37,329 bases of DNA from Candidatus Sericytochromatia bacterium (GCA_040400605.1 JBBAPZ010000002.1:187750-225078), one strand, 5' to 3'; positions 9,344 through 18,593 are shown, counted from the stretch's first letter. The notes: a model not told the origin generated them from the sequence alone. Program-made: numbers and translations.

Positions 9344-10388
9344 TCACCCTCCTTGGCCACGCTTCATCCACTGCACCCAGCATACCCGCCGCTGGTCGAA
9401 TTGTATCGATCAAACGCTGGGCCGCACTGAGCGCTTCCTCCCACGCCTGCTCCGAATCTGGCTCCCGTTCAATGGGGGCTGCAACCTTGCGCGCGAAACT
9501 GCCCATGCCAACCCCTGCTATCGGTAAGCCAAACGCCCTGGCCAACCGTCCCGTGTGATCATTGGTTCCACCCGCCGGCTGCACCCAGGCCTGCACCCCC
9601 TCAGCCAACATCTGACGCGCCAGACGAACCGCCGCCACGGTGGAACGCATCCCGTCCCGCCCGCTGATGGGATTCCCGTCCGCCTGAATGATTACGCCCG
9701 CCTGCCCCAATTCCCGCGCCAATTGCACCGCCCGCCCAAGCCCCAGTTGCTTGCCATCAATGCTGTAAGACAACAATCCTCCCATCTTGAGCCATTCGCG
9801 CACATCAGGCTGAATGGCCAGAATATCCTGGCCATTCGCTGCACCGGTATGCACCTCAAGCCCGCGGGCCCCCGCTTCCCAACACGCCATCAAATCCGGT
9901 GATACCGGCCGCGCCTGCATGGTGATCGCCAAAGGCGGACACACCGGCACACACAACCCACATCCCGTACAAATGGCATCCTCAACGTCCCCGTTCACAA
10001 TGCTGCCCGGCGGACACACAGGGGTACACCAGTCGCAACGAATACAGGTGTCGTCGTTGACCACCGCGATTTGCGTGTGGCGATCACCCGTCAACGTCAC
10101 AGACACCATGACAATCGGCGCACCGCCCGGCACACGCCGGCCCGCCAAACAGCGCTCAAGCCAAGGCGCAGGCTCGGCCAACCAACGCTCACCCGTCGCG
10201 ATGCCACGACCTACCGCCTTCACCACCTCCGGTTCCGCCGCCACATCGATGATGGTTGCACCGGCCAAACCGAACAAACAACCAAGACGCTCCAGTGTAA
10301 ACAAATCCCGCAAATTGGCACCGGCAATGAACTTGAAATAAGGCCCATCCACAACCGGGTTCAGTAACAAAGCGCGCCCCACCTTCAA
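9330..10388 (-). CDS. ldpA: LdpA-like iron-sulfur protein (two 4Fe-4S motifs plus LdpA C-terminal domain)
   Basis: FKFIAGA, LAGATIIDVAA, CIRCDWCTPVCP, CTGCGLCVPVCP, LEVHT, QADGNPISG, QPAGGTN and GVGMGSFARK match the cyanobacterial LdpA layout as I recall it. It sits next to a ycf45-like gene. Confidence 0.82.
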   Translation of the reverse strand: MKVGRALLLNPVVDGPYFKFIAGANLRDLFTLERLGCLFGLAGATIIDVAAEPEVVKAVGRGIATGERWLAEPAPWLERCLAGRRVPGGAPIVMVSVTLTGDRHTQIAVVNDDTCIRCDWCTPVCPPGSIVNGDVEDAICTGCGLCVPVCPPLAITMQARPVSPDLMACWEAGARGLEVHTGAANGQDILAIQPDVREWLKMGGLLSYSIDGKQLGLGRAVQLARELGQAGVIIQADGNPISGRDGMRSTVAAVRLARQMLAEGVQAWVQPAGGTNDHTGRLARAFGLPIAGVGMGSFARKVAAPIEREPDSEQAWEEALSAAQRLIDTIRPAAGMLGAVDEAWPRRVNAST

Positions 10389-10399
10389 TCCATTCAGTG

Positions 10400-11950
10400 T
10401 CAGTGCGACGTACGCACCACTTTGATCGTCCGCAAACGAACATCCTCGGGCCCGTTAATAAAGCCCCCCATCTGGTGCACCACCTTCAAGTACGCCACCG
10501 CTTCATCCGTGATCACTTCGCCCGGCGCCAAAATCGGAATGCCCGGTGGATACGGCGCCACAATCTCCGCACACACCTGACCCATCGACGTCTCAAAAGG
10601 AATCGTGTCCGTCGCCGCAAAAAAAGCGTCACGAGGCGTCAAACGCGCCTCGGGCAAAGTCGTCGGCAAAGGCAAACTGGTCGGCAACGCCGCAGTCCCC
10701 ATCGTGCCAAATTGCCTGGCACGACGCGCAAGCACCTCAAAAGCCGCTACCACCCGGTCAAGATCACGCGCCGTGTTTCCAATGCTCACAATCAACAACA
10801 CATTGTGCAAGGTGGCCATCTCAGACTGAATGCCAAACTCCTCGTTCAAAACATCCAAAGCCATAAAGCCGGTCATCCCCAAACCTGTCACGTTGATCGT
10901 CAACTTGGTCAAATCCAGGTCATGCAATCCCCCACCTTGACACCGTTCCTTACCAAAAACGTACACCCCTTCGATGCCATTGAGCCGCTGACGGGCACTT
11001 TCAGCCAGCGCCAACGTCTCACCAAGCAGACGCGAACCCTGCAACGCCATCTGACGACGTGCCACATCCAAAGACGCCAGCAACACATAACTCGGACTCG
11101 TGCTGTGAATGAGCTGCAACACGTTCCGAACACGGTTCACGTTAATGAGTTCTTTCCCGTCAGCGCCCGCTCGCTGCTTCACGTGCAACAAAGACGCCTG
11201 GGTCATGCCGGAGACAATCTTGTGGGTTGACTGCACAGCCATGTCCGCCCCGGCGGCGATCGCACTCACCGGCAAACCGTCGTGAAAATGAAAGTGCGGC
11301 CCATGCGCCTCATCCACCAACAACGGCTTGCCATGTGCATGACACAAGTCGGCGATCCGTTTTAGGTCCGCCACGCCGCCAAAATACGTGGGATGCACCA
11401 GCAACACCGCCTTGGCATCCGGATAACTGATCAGCGCCGCTTCAATATCCTCCGGCGTGATGCCATGCGCCACACACAGCGCGTCATCCCATTGCGGCCG
11501 CACAAACGCCGGACGCGCACCCGACAGGATGATCCCACCTAGCACCGACTTGTGCGCATTCCGCGGAATGATGATGCGATCGCCCGGATCACACACCGTC
11601 ATCACCATCACGTTGTTTCCCGTCGTTGACCCATTCACCAGAAAAAACGACGCATCCGCGCCATGGGCCTCCGCCGCCAATGCCTGAGCTTCTTTAATCA
11701 CCCCGTCCGGATCATGCAGGTTATCCACCTCCGGCAACTCGGTCAGATCAATCTTGAAGAGGTTTTCGCCCAAGAGTTCCAACATCTCTGGGTCGATGCC
11801 ACGCCCTTGCTTGTGGCCCGGCGTATGAAAAGGCGCCATGTCTTTTTGTGCATAGTCCCGCAACGCTTCAAACAACGGAGCCCGGGCTTGACGGGCCTGA
11901 ACGGCGGGATCCGTCAACAATGGGTTTGCAACAACCAAAGGGTGTGACAC
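10400..11950 (-). CDS. PLP-dependent Orn/Lys/Arg decarboxylase (fold type I, YaaO/SpeA-like)
   Basis: FHTPGHKQG, LVNGST, RNAHKS, VDEAHG, QSTHK (PLP lysine), STSPSY, PYPPGIP. Likely GTG start at 11950 after GGGAGG; the ORF track extends to 11971. Confidence 0.93.
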   Translation of the reverse strand: MSHPLVVANPLLTDPAVQARQARAPLFEALRDYAQKDMAPFHTPGHKQGRGIDPEMLELLGENLFKIDLTELPEVDNLHDPDGVIKEAQALAAEAHGADASFFLVNGSTTGNNVMVMTVCDPGDRIIIPRNAHKSVLGGIILSGARPAFVRPQWDDALCVAHGITPEDIEAALISYPDAKAVLLVHPTYFGGVADLKRIADLCHAHGKPLLVDEAHGPHFHFHDGLPVSAIAAGADMAVQSTHKIVSGMTQASLLHVKQRAGADGKELINVNRVRNVLQLIHSTSPSYVLLASLDVARRQMALQGSRLLGETLALAESARQRLNGIEGVYVFGKERCQGGGLHDLDLTKLTINVTGLGMTGFMALDVLNEEFGIQSEMATLHNVLLIVSIGNTARDLDRVVAAFEVLARRARQFGTMGTAALPTSLPLPTTLPEARLTPRDAFFAATDTIPFETSMGQVCAEIVAPYPPGIPILAPGEVITDEAVAYLKVVHQMGGFINGPEDVRLRTIKVVRTSH

Positions 11951-12535
11951 GCGATGTTTTGCCTCCCGCACAATGTTAGCGACGCATTTGAGTGCGTTGT
12001 GATCTTACCTTGCGCGGGATCGACTCGCAACGCATCAGGGCTTCCGTCGATCAACGCACAGCAATGCCACCAGATTGCCTGGGCTTTCAAAAGCGCGCTT
12101 CTTCGCCGAATCGGATGGTCCCAATCCATCCACCATGCTCACTGATTGCTGATTGAGTGTTTGTTATATTCAGCGGTTGGTCGCACGATTGCTTGCTTTT
12201 TTGTGGCGCGATGCTGTCGCATTCGACTGGCCAGGTCAGTGAAACTTTTTCTTTTTGATTGTTGCAACGGACGCAACGTGTCTGGGTAAAGGTTGGGTGG
12301 CCGCCATGGTTTTCTGCTGCACGGTCGGTCTTTTTTGGAAAGTTGAAGCGCGCTGTTAGGCGCTCAAATCTTGGTTGATGTTTTACTCACATCGGTTGAA
12401 TACCTGACGTTTTGAGTTTAGTTCACGGTTTTTGTTCTAAAATCGATGTGTCACTGGGTGGCAGCCGTGCGTCAACGGGTAAAATGTGGGTTTCAAAACC
12501 CATTTATGTGAACGTGAGTTAGGAAGCGGGTTTAG

Positions 12536-12910
12536 GTGTCAGGGAAGACAATCGCGATGGATGTTGCACGGACGGGGGTGTCGTTGGGCGATCGCATTGG
12601 CGTGGCGGACACGTTCTGGACACGCTTGATTGGGCTCTTGCGCACGCCATATCTGAATGCTGGGCAAGGTTTGCTCATTCGTCCTTGCCGGTCCGTGCAC
12701 ATGTTTGGCATGCATTACGCGATTGATGCCGTTTTCTTGGATGTCAACCACACGGTCTGTCATCTGTTGCCTGGGCTTGCACCGTGGCGCGTCAGTCCGG
12801 TGGTGTGGCAGGCCATCGCCGTCTTGGAGTTGCCCGCAGGAACCATTGCACGTGTCAGCCTGCAAGTCGGTGACGTTCTGGTGGTTCGGGCCAGTCACCC
12901 AATTGGCTAA
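12536..12910 (+). CDS. DUF192 family protein
   Basis: ADTFWTRLIGL, GLLIRPCRSVHMFGMHYAIDAVFLD, VLELPAG. Confidence 0.88.
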   Translation: MSGKTIAMDVARTGVSLGDRIGVADTFWTRLIGLLRTPYLNAGQGLLIRPCRSVHMFGMHYAIDAVFLDVNHTVCHLLPGLAPWRVSPVVWQAIAVLELPAGTIARVSLQVGDVLVVRASHPIG

Positions 12911-13219
12911 GCGCTTGTTAACGATTGGTTTTTTCACGATGCCAGATGCTTGTCATCGTGAAAGCGTGAACAGTCAATATCAGGCGCCAGTTGGTGCCAT
13001 CCATCATATTCGCTGATTGGTCGTTAAATTTTTGTTTTAACGATGCGGGTTGTAACCTACGGAAAACGGTCTTGTTGTCCTTGTGCTTTGGTCTGGTGGC
13101 TGCCGCCTGAACGGCGACATTGATGACTCTCAGTTGGCACAGGTGAGAAAAAGTTGGCAAAGCCGGGTACATAACCAGACAGGGATGAATCAAACACCGC
13201 ACGAAGCAGGGGTGGTACA

Positions 13220-14812
13220 GTGACCCGAAGTCGTATCCGACCGTTAGTCTGGGTATCGGTGCTTGCGCTGGCCGGCTGTCAAGGCCAGATGCCCAATGTG
13301 GGACTTCGCGCGATGTCAGGCTCTGAACGCACGCTTGTGCTGTCGAAGAATCAGCCACCTGTTGTCAACCTTCGGGGCGTGGTTGAGTTTCCCGCATCCT
13401 TGATTTCGCAAGGTGGCGGAAACTTGATTTCGCAAGGTGGGGGCAATCTCATCGGTCAGACGGCCTCTACGTACCGGTTGTTGGATGCGAATCGTGTGGT
13501 TGACCCCGTCATGGATGTGTTTTTGGCTGACGGTTCCGGTCGTGTGATTGCGGGGTTGCCGATTGTGCGTGGCGATCAAGCAGGCCGGTTTGTGATTCCC
13601 CGGGTGCCTGCGATGCTTGTTTACCAACTGGTGGCACGGTTGTCGTTGCAAGATGGGCGACGGGTTGAGCTGCAATCCCTGGTTCAGCCGAAGGTTGGGT
13701 CACAGGGGATTGAGGTCAGTCCGGCAACCACTCTCGTGACGGAAACCATTTTGAATTCGAGCGGACTAAAATTGGCTTCATATGACGATGCCCTGTTTCA
13801 GCGAGCCAAGCGACTCGTCGTGGAACAGTTACAGGCTGAGTCACCCGTTGATTGGACGCGTCGTGATGCTGTTTCGACCTTGCGCGAAACTGTGCTCGCC
13901 AACGTGCCGGCTGTGAAGACATTGGTTACGGATGTGGCTCAGCAGATTACGACCGCGCCAACGCAGCGGGAAGAACGTGTGCAACAACTCGTCATTGATG
14001 CGATTGTTCAAGCGTTGCCACCCAATGTGAGAGAAACAATCATCGCAGATGACGTGCAATTGAAGGTCAGTACCACCGAACAGGGTCAGGTCCAGTTGAT
14101 TGGCCTCAATTCGAAAACCGGTGTTCAAACCGAACTGAATGCGACCGTTGAGACGAACGCGGAGACGGGTTCGGGCACGACCCAGACCGTGGTCAAACGA
14201 ACGAACCCGCAATCGGGGGTGGACACGACCCTTGAAGCAGTCACCGTAACGGCGACCGACGCCCAAAAACAACGTACCACGACAACCACGGTGGATCGTC
14301 AAACAGGTCAGACAATCAAGGTGGATACGGATCTCACAACCGGTGTCAGTACTGAGACGATTGCGGAAACAAGGTCAGCGGCACCGTCAATAATGCTGTC
14401 TCCGCCAGCAAAGGAGCCGGGATTACCGCTCACGAAAGAGACGATCACACGGCAATCATTGCCGTCTCCACCAGCAAAGGAGCCGAGATTACCGTTAACG
14501 AAAGAGACGACCACACCGCAATCATTGCCGTCTCCACCAGCAAAGGAGCCGAGATTACCGCTCACGAAAGAGACGACCACACCGCAATCAATGCCGTCTC
14601 CGCCAGCAAAGGAGCCGGGATTACCGCTCACGAAAGAGACGAACACACCGCAATCATTGCCGTCTCCACCAGCGAGGATTAGCGCGTCACCGCCAACGAA
14701 GGCAATTGTTTCTCCAGCACGTGTCGCAAGCGCGGTGGACGGTCACGAGTCGGTTTATATAGACAATTTACCCGAGCCTTTGCACGGATCGAAAAAGCCT
14801 GTGCTTGAATGA
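13220..14812 (+). CDS. Putative lipoprotein with LISQGGGN repeats, a Thr-rich region and Pro-rich tandem repeats
   Basis: Basic N-terminus, hydrophobic stretch and lipobox LAGC; 530-aa open frame. Confidence 0.75.
   Translation: MTRSRIRPLVWVSVLALAGCQGQMPNVGLRAMSGSERTLVLSKNQPPVVNLRGVVEFPASLISQGGGNLISQGGGNLIGQTASTYRLLDANRVVDPVMDVFLADGSGRVIAGLPIVRGDQAGRFVIPRVPAMLVYQLVARLSLQDGRRVELQSLVQPKVGSQGIEVSPATTLVTETILNSSGLKLASYDDALFQRAKRLVVEQLQAESPVDWTRRDAVSTLRETVLANVPAVKTLVTDVAQQITTAPTQREERVQQLVIDAIVQALPPNVRETIIADDVQLKVSTTEQGQVQLIGLNSKTGVQTELNATVETNAETGSGTTQTVVKRTNPQSGVDTTLEAVTVTATDAQKQRTTTTTVDRQTGQTIKVDTDLTTGVSTETIAETRSAAPSIMLSPPAKEPGLPLTKETITRQSLPSPPAKEPRLPLTKETTTPQSLPSPPAKEPRLPLTKETTTPQSMPSPPAKEPGLPLTKETNTPQSLPSPPARISASPPTKAIVSPARVASAVDGHESVYIDNLPEPLHGSKKPVLE
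13400..13459 (+). repeat. 24-nt coding repeat (LISQGGGN x2.5)
   Basis: ttgatttcgcaaggtggcggaaac / ttgatttcgcaaggtgggggcaat / ctcatcggtcag. Confidence 0.85.
14399..14674 (+). repeat. 66-nt coding tandem repeat, 4 full copies plus a partial fifth (SPPAKEP[G/R]LPLTKETxTxQSLP)
   Basis: Units start at 14399, 14465, 14531, 14597 and 14663 with few substitutions and no spacers. Confidence 0.95.
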
Positions 14813-14841
14813 AACGGCACCTGTTGACTGTTGCGAAAACG

Positions 14842-15213
14842 TCAGTCGATCTTAAACGACTTCAACCACCAGCGCCCGGTCAACACATCAATCGCCGCTC
14901 CGATGCCAGTAAAAATCATCGTGGTCAGAGCAACCGTTTTGAAGGTTCTTAATGGATGTAGGACGGCCCATACGAATTCACCCAAAACACCGAACTCAGT
15001 TAACCCCATTTTGGCATAACGCACTTCAGCTTCGCCGTTTTTATTTTTCTTTATATTATTCCGGCAGGTAATGCCTTGGGGGTTCGCAATACAAAAATCT
15101 CCCCGTAGATACGCAGCAGTTTCATCGTCGCTCTTCGCCTTGTTATGCTAAGGGGTCGATATTTTTGTTTCCGGACGGTTTGTTACGATTGTCGGTGTTA
15201 CGGAAAATGCCAT
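14842..15213 (-). pseudogene. AT-rich small membrane-protein gene (123 codons) with an in-frame TAG at codon 22 (nonsense mutation or readthrough)
   Basis: RBS GAGAGGGG, then ATG 15213 encoding MAFSVTPTIVTNRPETKISTP, TAG at 15150-15148, then 41 open codons continuing in frame into the 14842-15024 ORF. Confidence 0.6.
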
Positions 15214-15526
15214 TGGATAAACCCCTCTCAAAGTTAATGAGGAACAATATCTTGGCACTATATAATTAGGTTTGGCGAAAGTCTTCCGTGGAGAAAAGGG
15301 TGGCGAGGACTTTTTTGATGGCTGCTCGGTGGTTTGACCGATTGTTTTTTGATGCAGCGGGTGCGTCTGCGCTTCGCGCTCAGGCGCCTCCGTGTCGTTA
15401 TCGCAACGGGCTTGAAGGCGAGTATTGACGAGAACGATGGTTCTCAAGCCGTGCGGTGTTTGTGCGCGTGGGCGAGTCGCGGAGTATAATGGGTTGGTTT
15501 CTTTTCGTGTTTGCCAGGAGCCCTTT

Positions 15527-16966
15527 TTGCGCCCGATACTCGCCGCTATGTTGCTGTTACCTTGTTTGAGCCTTGCGGTCGAGGCGGCTGCGGGTTTTGC
15601 GGACATACCGACGAGCCATTGGGCGCGCGTGCCGGCACAGGTGTTAAGCGAGCATCGCATCTTGGCGGGCCGGACGGCGGTCAGTTTTGCCGGGGATGCC
15701 GCCCTGACGCGTTACGAACTGGCTGGCTTGCTGAGCGCTTTGTATCGGATGCAGGGGGCACCGCCGTCTTTTTTGATGTTGGGGGATATGCCGCCGGGGC
15801 ATCCGGCGACGTTGGATGTCCAACGCGTGCTGGGTTTTGGTTTGATGGGGCCAGTTTCCGGTACGCGTTTTGATGGGGAGCGGGTGGTGAGCCGGCGCGT
15901 GTTTGTTGAGGCGTTGGCGCGTTTGCTCGAAAAAAATGGGGTTATGGCGCCGGCTAGGCGCAAGTTGCCGGTTCGATTCGTTGATGTGCCGGCCGATTCA
16001 GACTTTGGTCGGGTGCTGGATGGGTTGGTAAACCGGTTTGGGGTGCTGGATGTGCCAAGTGGCATTGAGTTTCACCCGTGGCAGCCAACGACCCGTTATC
16101 AGGCTTTGGGGATGGTGATGCGGCTGATGCCGCATCTGGATCCCGGCATTGCGGCGGAGTTTCGTTTGCCTGCAAGCCCTGGGGTACCTTTGTCGTCGCC
16201 TGTGGCTGGGATAGGGGTGGAAGGGATGAGGCAATCGCCTTTACCCGCATCGTCCGGAGACGATCTCAAGGAGTCACAGCCGAAGGCTTGGAAGGCGTCG
16301 CGTGAAGTGGGCGCACTTGCGGAGCTCGTTTTGGTTTATGACGAGACCTTGCCCACGCAGGCGGGATCCGTGGTGGGTTCCGAGTTGCGGCAGTATTCGG
16401 GAATGATGTTGCCTGCCGGTGGGCTCCAAGGCACCTGGTGGGAGCCTGATTGGGGGGCCTTGTTACGTGTGCGCAGTTTTTACGTGGGGGTCAACGCGCC
16501 TCATGCGGGGCAACAGGTACCGGTTGATTTGTTGGATACCTTTGTGAGCGCGGCTTGGCTCTGGCGTGTGATGGAGGGCCCTGGCGGGGCGTTGGCCGTG
16601 GGAGCCGGCGGACAGTGGCGGGCGGTTTATAATCTGAGCGCCCAACTGGTCAGCCAGTATTATCTGACCGCAGATAAAACCTTTTTTGGGGCGGGCCCTG
16701 CGCTGTTTTGCCGCTGGAACCTGGCACCCGGTTGGCAAGCGCGTTTGGAGTGTTTGACTTATCCACTCTATTTGCAAACCTATAACTTGCCCGCTGGGCC
16801 ACAGACAATCCAGCGCTGGGGGATCGACGGTCGGTTGGGCCTGGCTTTTGAGCTGGGTTACGGGTGGCTTTTGCATGGGGGTACCCAGGGGTTTATGAGT
16901 GGGGCCTATGAGGGTGGGAGCTTGGCGCTGGCTGGTGGTGAGTTCGGTTTGAGTCGGGTTTTTTGA
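15527..16966 (+). CDS. Exported S-layer homology (SLH) domain protein with a probable C-terminal outer-membrane beta-barrel
   Basis: Signal peptide ...AVEAAA. SLH motifs FADIPTSHWA...FAGDAALTRYELA, FDGERVVSRR, FVDVP...FHPWQPTTRYQA. The C-terminal half has an alternating aromatic/hydrophobic pattern and ends in Phe. TTG start after AGGAG; TATAAT at 15485-15490. Confidence 0.78.
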   Translation: MRPILAAMLLLPCLSLAVEAAAGFADIPTSHWARVPAQVLSEHRILAGRTAVSFAGDAALTRYELAGLLSALYRMQGAPPSFLMLGDMPPGHPATLDVQRVLGFGLMGPVSGTRFDGERVVSRRVFVEALARLLEKNGVMAPARRKLPVRFVDVPADSDFGRVLDGLVNRFGVLDVPSGIEFHPWQPTTRYQALGMVMRLMPHLDPGIAAEFRLPASPGVPLSSPVAGIGVEGMRQSPLPASSGDDLKESQPKAWKASREVGALAELVLVYDETLPTQAGSVVGSELRQYSGMMLPAGGLQGTWWEPDWGALLRVRSFYVGVNAPHAGQQVPVDLLDTFVSAAWLWRVMEGPGGALAVGAGGQWRAVYNLSAQLVSQYYLTADKTFFGAGPALFCRWNLAPGWQARLECLTYPLYLQTYNLPAGPQTIQRWGIDGRLGLAFELGYGWLLHGGTQGFMSGAYEGGSLALAGGEFGLSRVF

Positions 16967-16980
16967 GCGGGGCGTGAGCC

Positions 16981-17736
16981 ATGATCTGGTTGGGAACCTT
17001 TGGGTGCGCGGTATTGTTTGGTGCGCTTGCGTGGGTGCCGACCGGGTGGTCTTCCGGATGTGCGGCGCAACTGGCGCAACAGTTTGAGCGTGCGCCAGGA
17101 AGTGACCCGGTGCGCGTGTCGACTGAGGCGGACCCTTTGTTGGAGTTGCCGGCGGGTTACATCCGACGCTTGCGGATTCAGATGCCGGGGGTGCTGGTGG
17201 CTGGCATACCAATCAGGGAATGTGCGCTTTCCTTGAGTCCGGTGCGCCTGCCGGTCGCTTCGGCCTGGGGCCTGGAACCGCCGCAGTTGCTTGTACCTTC
17301 ATTGGTTGAAGCGCGCCTCGTTGTGGATGAGTCGGATGTCCTGGGTGCGCTTGAGACCCGTGTGGCCGAGCGGGCATGGCCTGTTTTGCCAATGATGCGG
17401 ATGGGTCATTTGCGTTTGGGTGGTGCGATAACGTTTGAACGGCCTCAGGTGACGTTTCAGAATGATCGGGTGGTGCTGGCGGCGACGGTGGTGGATAGGG
17501 GACTGCGGCGCCGAATCGCGTTTTCCGCGATGCCGGGTGTCGATGAGGCGGGGCGGTTGCGATTTGATGCGCCACGGTTGACCTTGGACGGTGTTGTTGT
17601 ACCCGCGGTTTTGTATCGTGCCGCGCTTGCGCAGATGGCTGCAGGGTGGGGGACATCGTTGCGTTGGCGTCGCGTGATCGCTTTTGACGGACGTTTGGAG
17701 TTGGGGTTTGCAACGATGCTGGCAACCCAATCGTGA
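16981..17736 (+). CDS. DUF2993/LmeA-like putative phospholipid-binding protein
   Basis: N-terminal TM, then 'VRVSTEADPLLELPAGYIRRLRI' and 'ARLVVDESDV', a pattern resembling DUF2993. Context: just upstream of mlaE. Confidence 0.55.
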   Translation: MIWLGTFGCAVLFGALAWVPTGWSSGCAAQLAQQFERAPGSDPVRVSTEADPLLELPAGYIRRLRIQMPGVLVAGIPIRECALSLSPVRLPVASAWGLEPPQLLVPSLVEARLVVDESDVLGALETRVAERAWPVLPMMRMGHLRLGGAITFERPQVTFQNDRVVLAATVVDRGLRRRIAFSAMPGVDEAGRLRFDAPRLTLDGVVVPAVLYRAALAQMAAGWGTSLRWRRVIAFDGRLELGFATMLATQS

Positions 17737-17801
17737 TGGGGGTGCCAGCTGGTATGATGGCAGATGGTGGAGTAACAGCGCTTGGGGCAAGGTGGTAAGC
17801 C

Positions 17802-18593
17802 GTGGCAGTAATCAGGGCACTCGAATCGGTTGGTGTGCGGTCGGTTTCGGGCCTTGAGCGACTGGGGTCTTTGGTGCTGTTGAGCGGTCGGGCATTGGGT
17901 GCTTTGGCAAGCGGTCAGGTTCATGGCCGCAATACAGTTTCACAACTGGCGTTTGTGGGGGCAGAGTCCTTTCCCATCGCCGCTTTGATCGCGTTGACGG
18001 TTGGGATGGTGTTTACCTTGCAGATCGCCAACGAGTTTATCCGTTACGGCGCCACGTCTGCGATTGGTGGTGTGGTGGCGATCGCCTTGGCCCGCGAACT
18101 GGCGCCCATCATGATTTCGGTGGTCATCGCCGGACGCGTGGGGTCGGCCATCGCCGCCGAATTGGGTTCCATGAAAGTCACCGAACAGATTGATGCACTC
18201 GAGGCTTTCGCCGTGGACCCGGTTCGCTATCTCGTTGTTCCACGATTGATCGCCTGTATCGTCATGGTGCCATTGCTTGTAGGCGTGGGCAACATGATCG
18301 GCCTGCTGGGTGGCTACTGGGTGGCCACTTCAATGAAGGGCATTTCAAGTCAGATGTTTCTGGATTCGATTCAATCGTTTTTGGTACCCATGGATGTTTT
18401 TAAGGGTATGTTCAAAGCCGCGCTCTTTGGTGCCGCCATTGCCTTGATCGGCTGCCATCAGGGTTTGAATGCCAAAAAAGGTGCCCAAGGCGTCGGTGCG
18501 GCAACCACCAATGCCGTGGTCTATGCCATGGTCACGATTTTTATTCTGAATTATGTGCTGAGCATGGGGTTGTTTGGTGGCACCGCCAAATAA
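17802..18593 (+). CDS. mlaE: MlaE-family lipid ABC transporter permease
   Basis: RELAP, AGRVGSAIAAELGSMKVTEQIDAL, YLVVPR, GAQGVGAATTNAVV. Confidence 0.95.
   Translation: MAVIRALESVGVRSVSGLERLGSLVLLSGRALGALASGQVHGRNTVSQLAFVGAESFPIAALIALTVGMVFTLQIANEFIRYGATSAIGGVVAIALARELAPIMISVVIAGRVGSAIAAELGSMKVTEQIDALEAFAVDPVRYLVVPRLIACIVMVPLLVGVGNMIGLLGGYWVATSMKGISSQMFLDSIQSFLVPMDVFKGMFKAALFGAAIALIGCHQGLNAKKGAQGVGAATTNAVVYAMVTIFILNYVLSMGLFGGTAK

Noticed and set aside
13140..13200. c-di-GMP-I riboswitch (GGCAAAGCC)
   Set aside because: Only a short word matches; the two-hairpin GAAA/receptor architecture is absent.
14399..14674. Possible CRISPR array
   Set aside because: The 66-nt units are contiguous with no unique spacers, are in frame within a CDS, and no cas genes are present.
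15214..15660. Upstream part of the 170-aa minus-strand ORF 15148-15660
   Set aside because: It overlaps the SLH gene and its promoter. Only the last 21 codons, from ATG 15213 with an RBS, look real.
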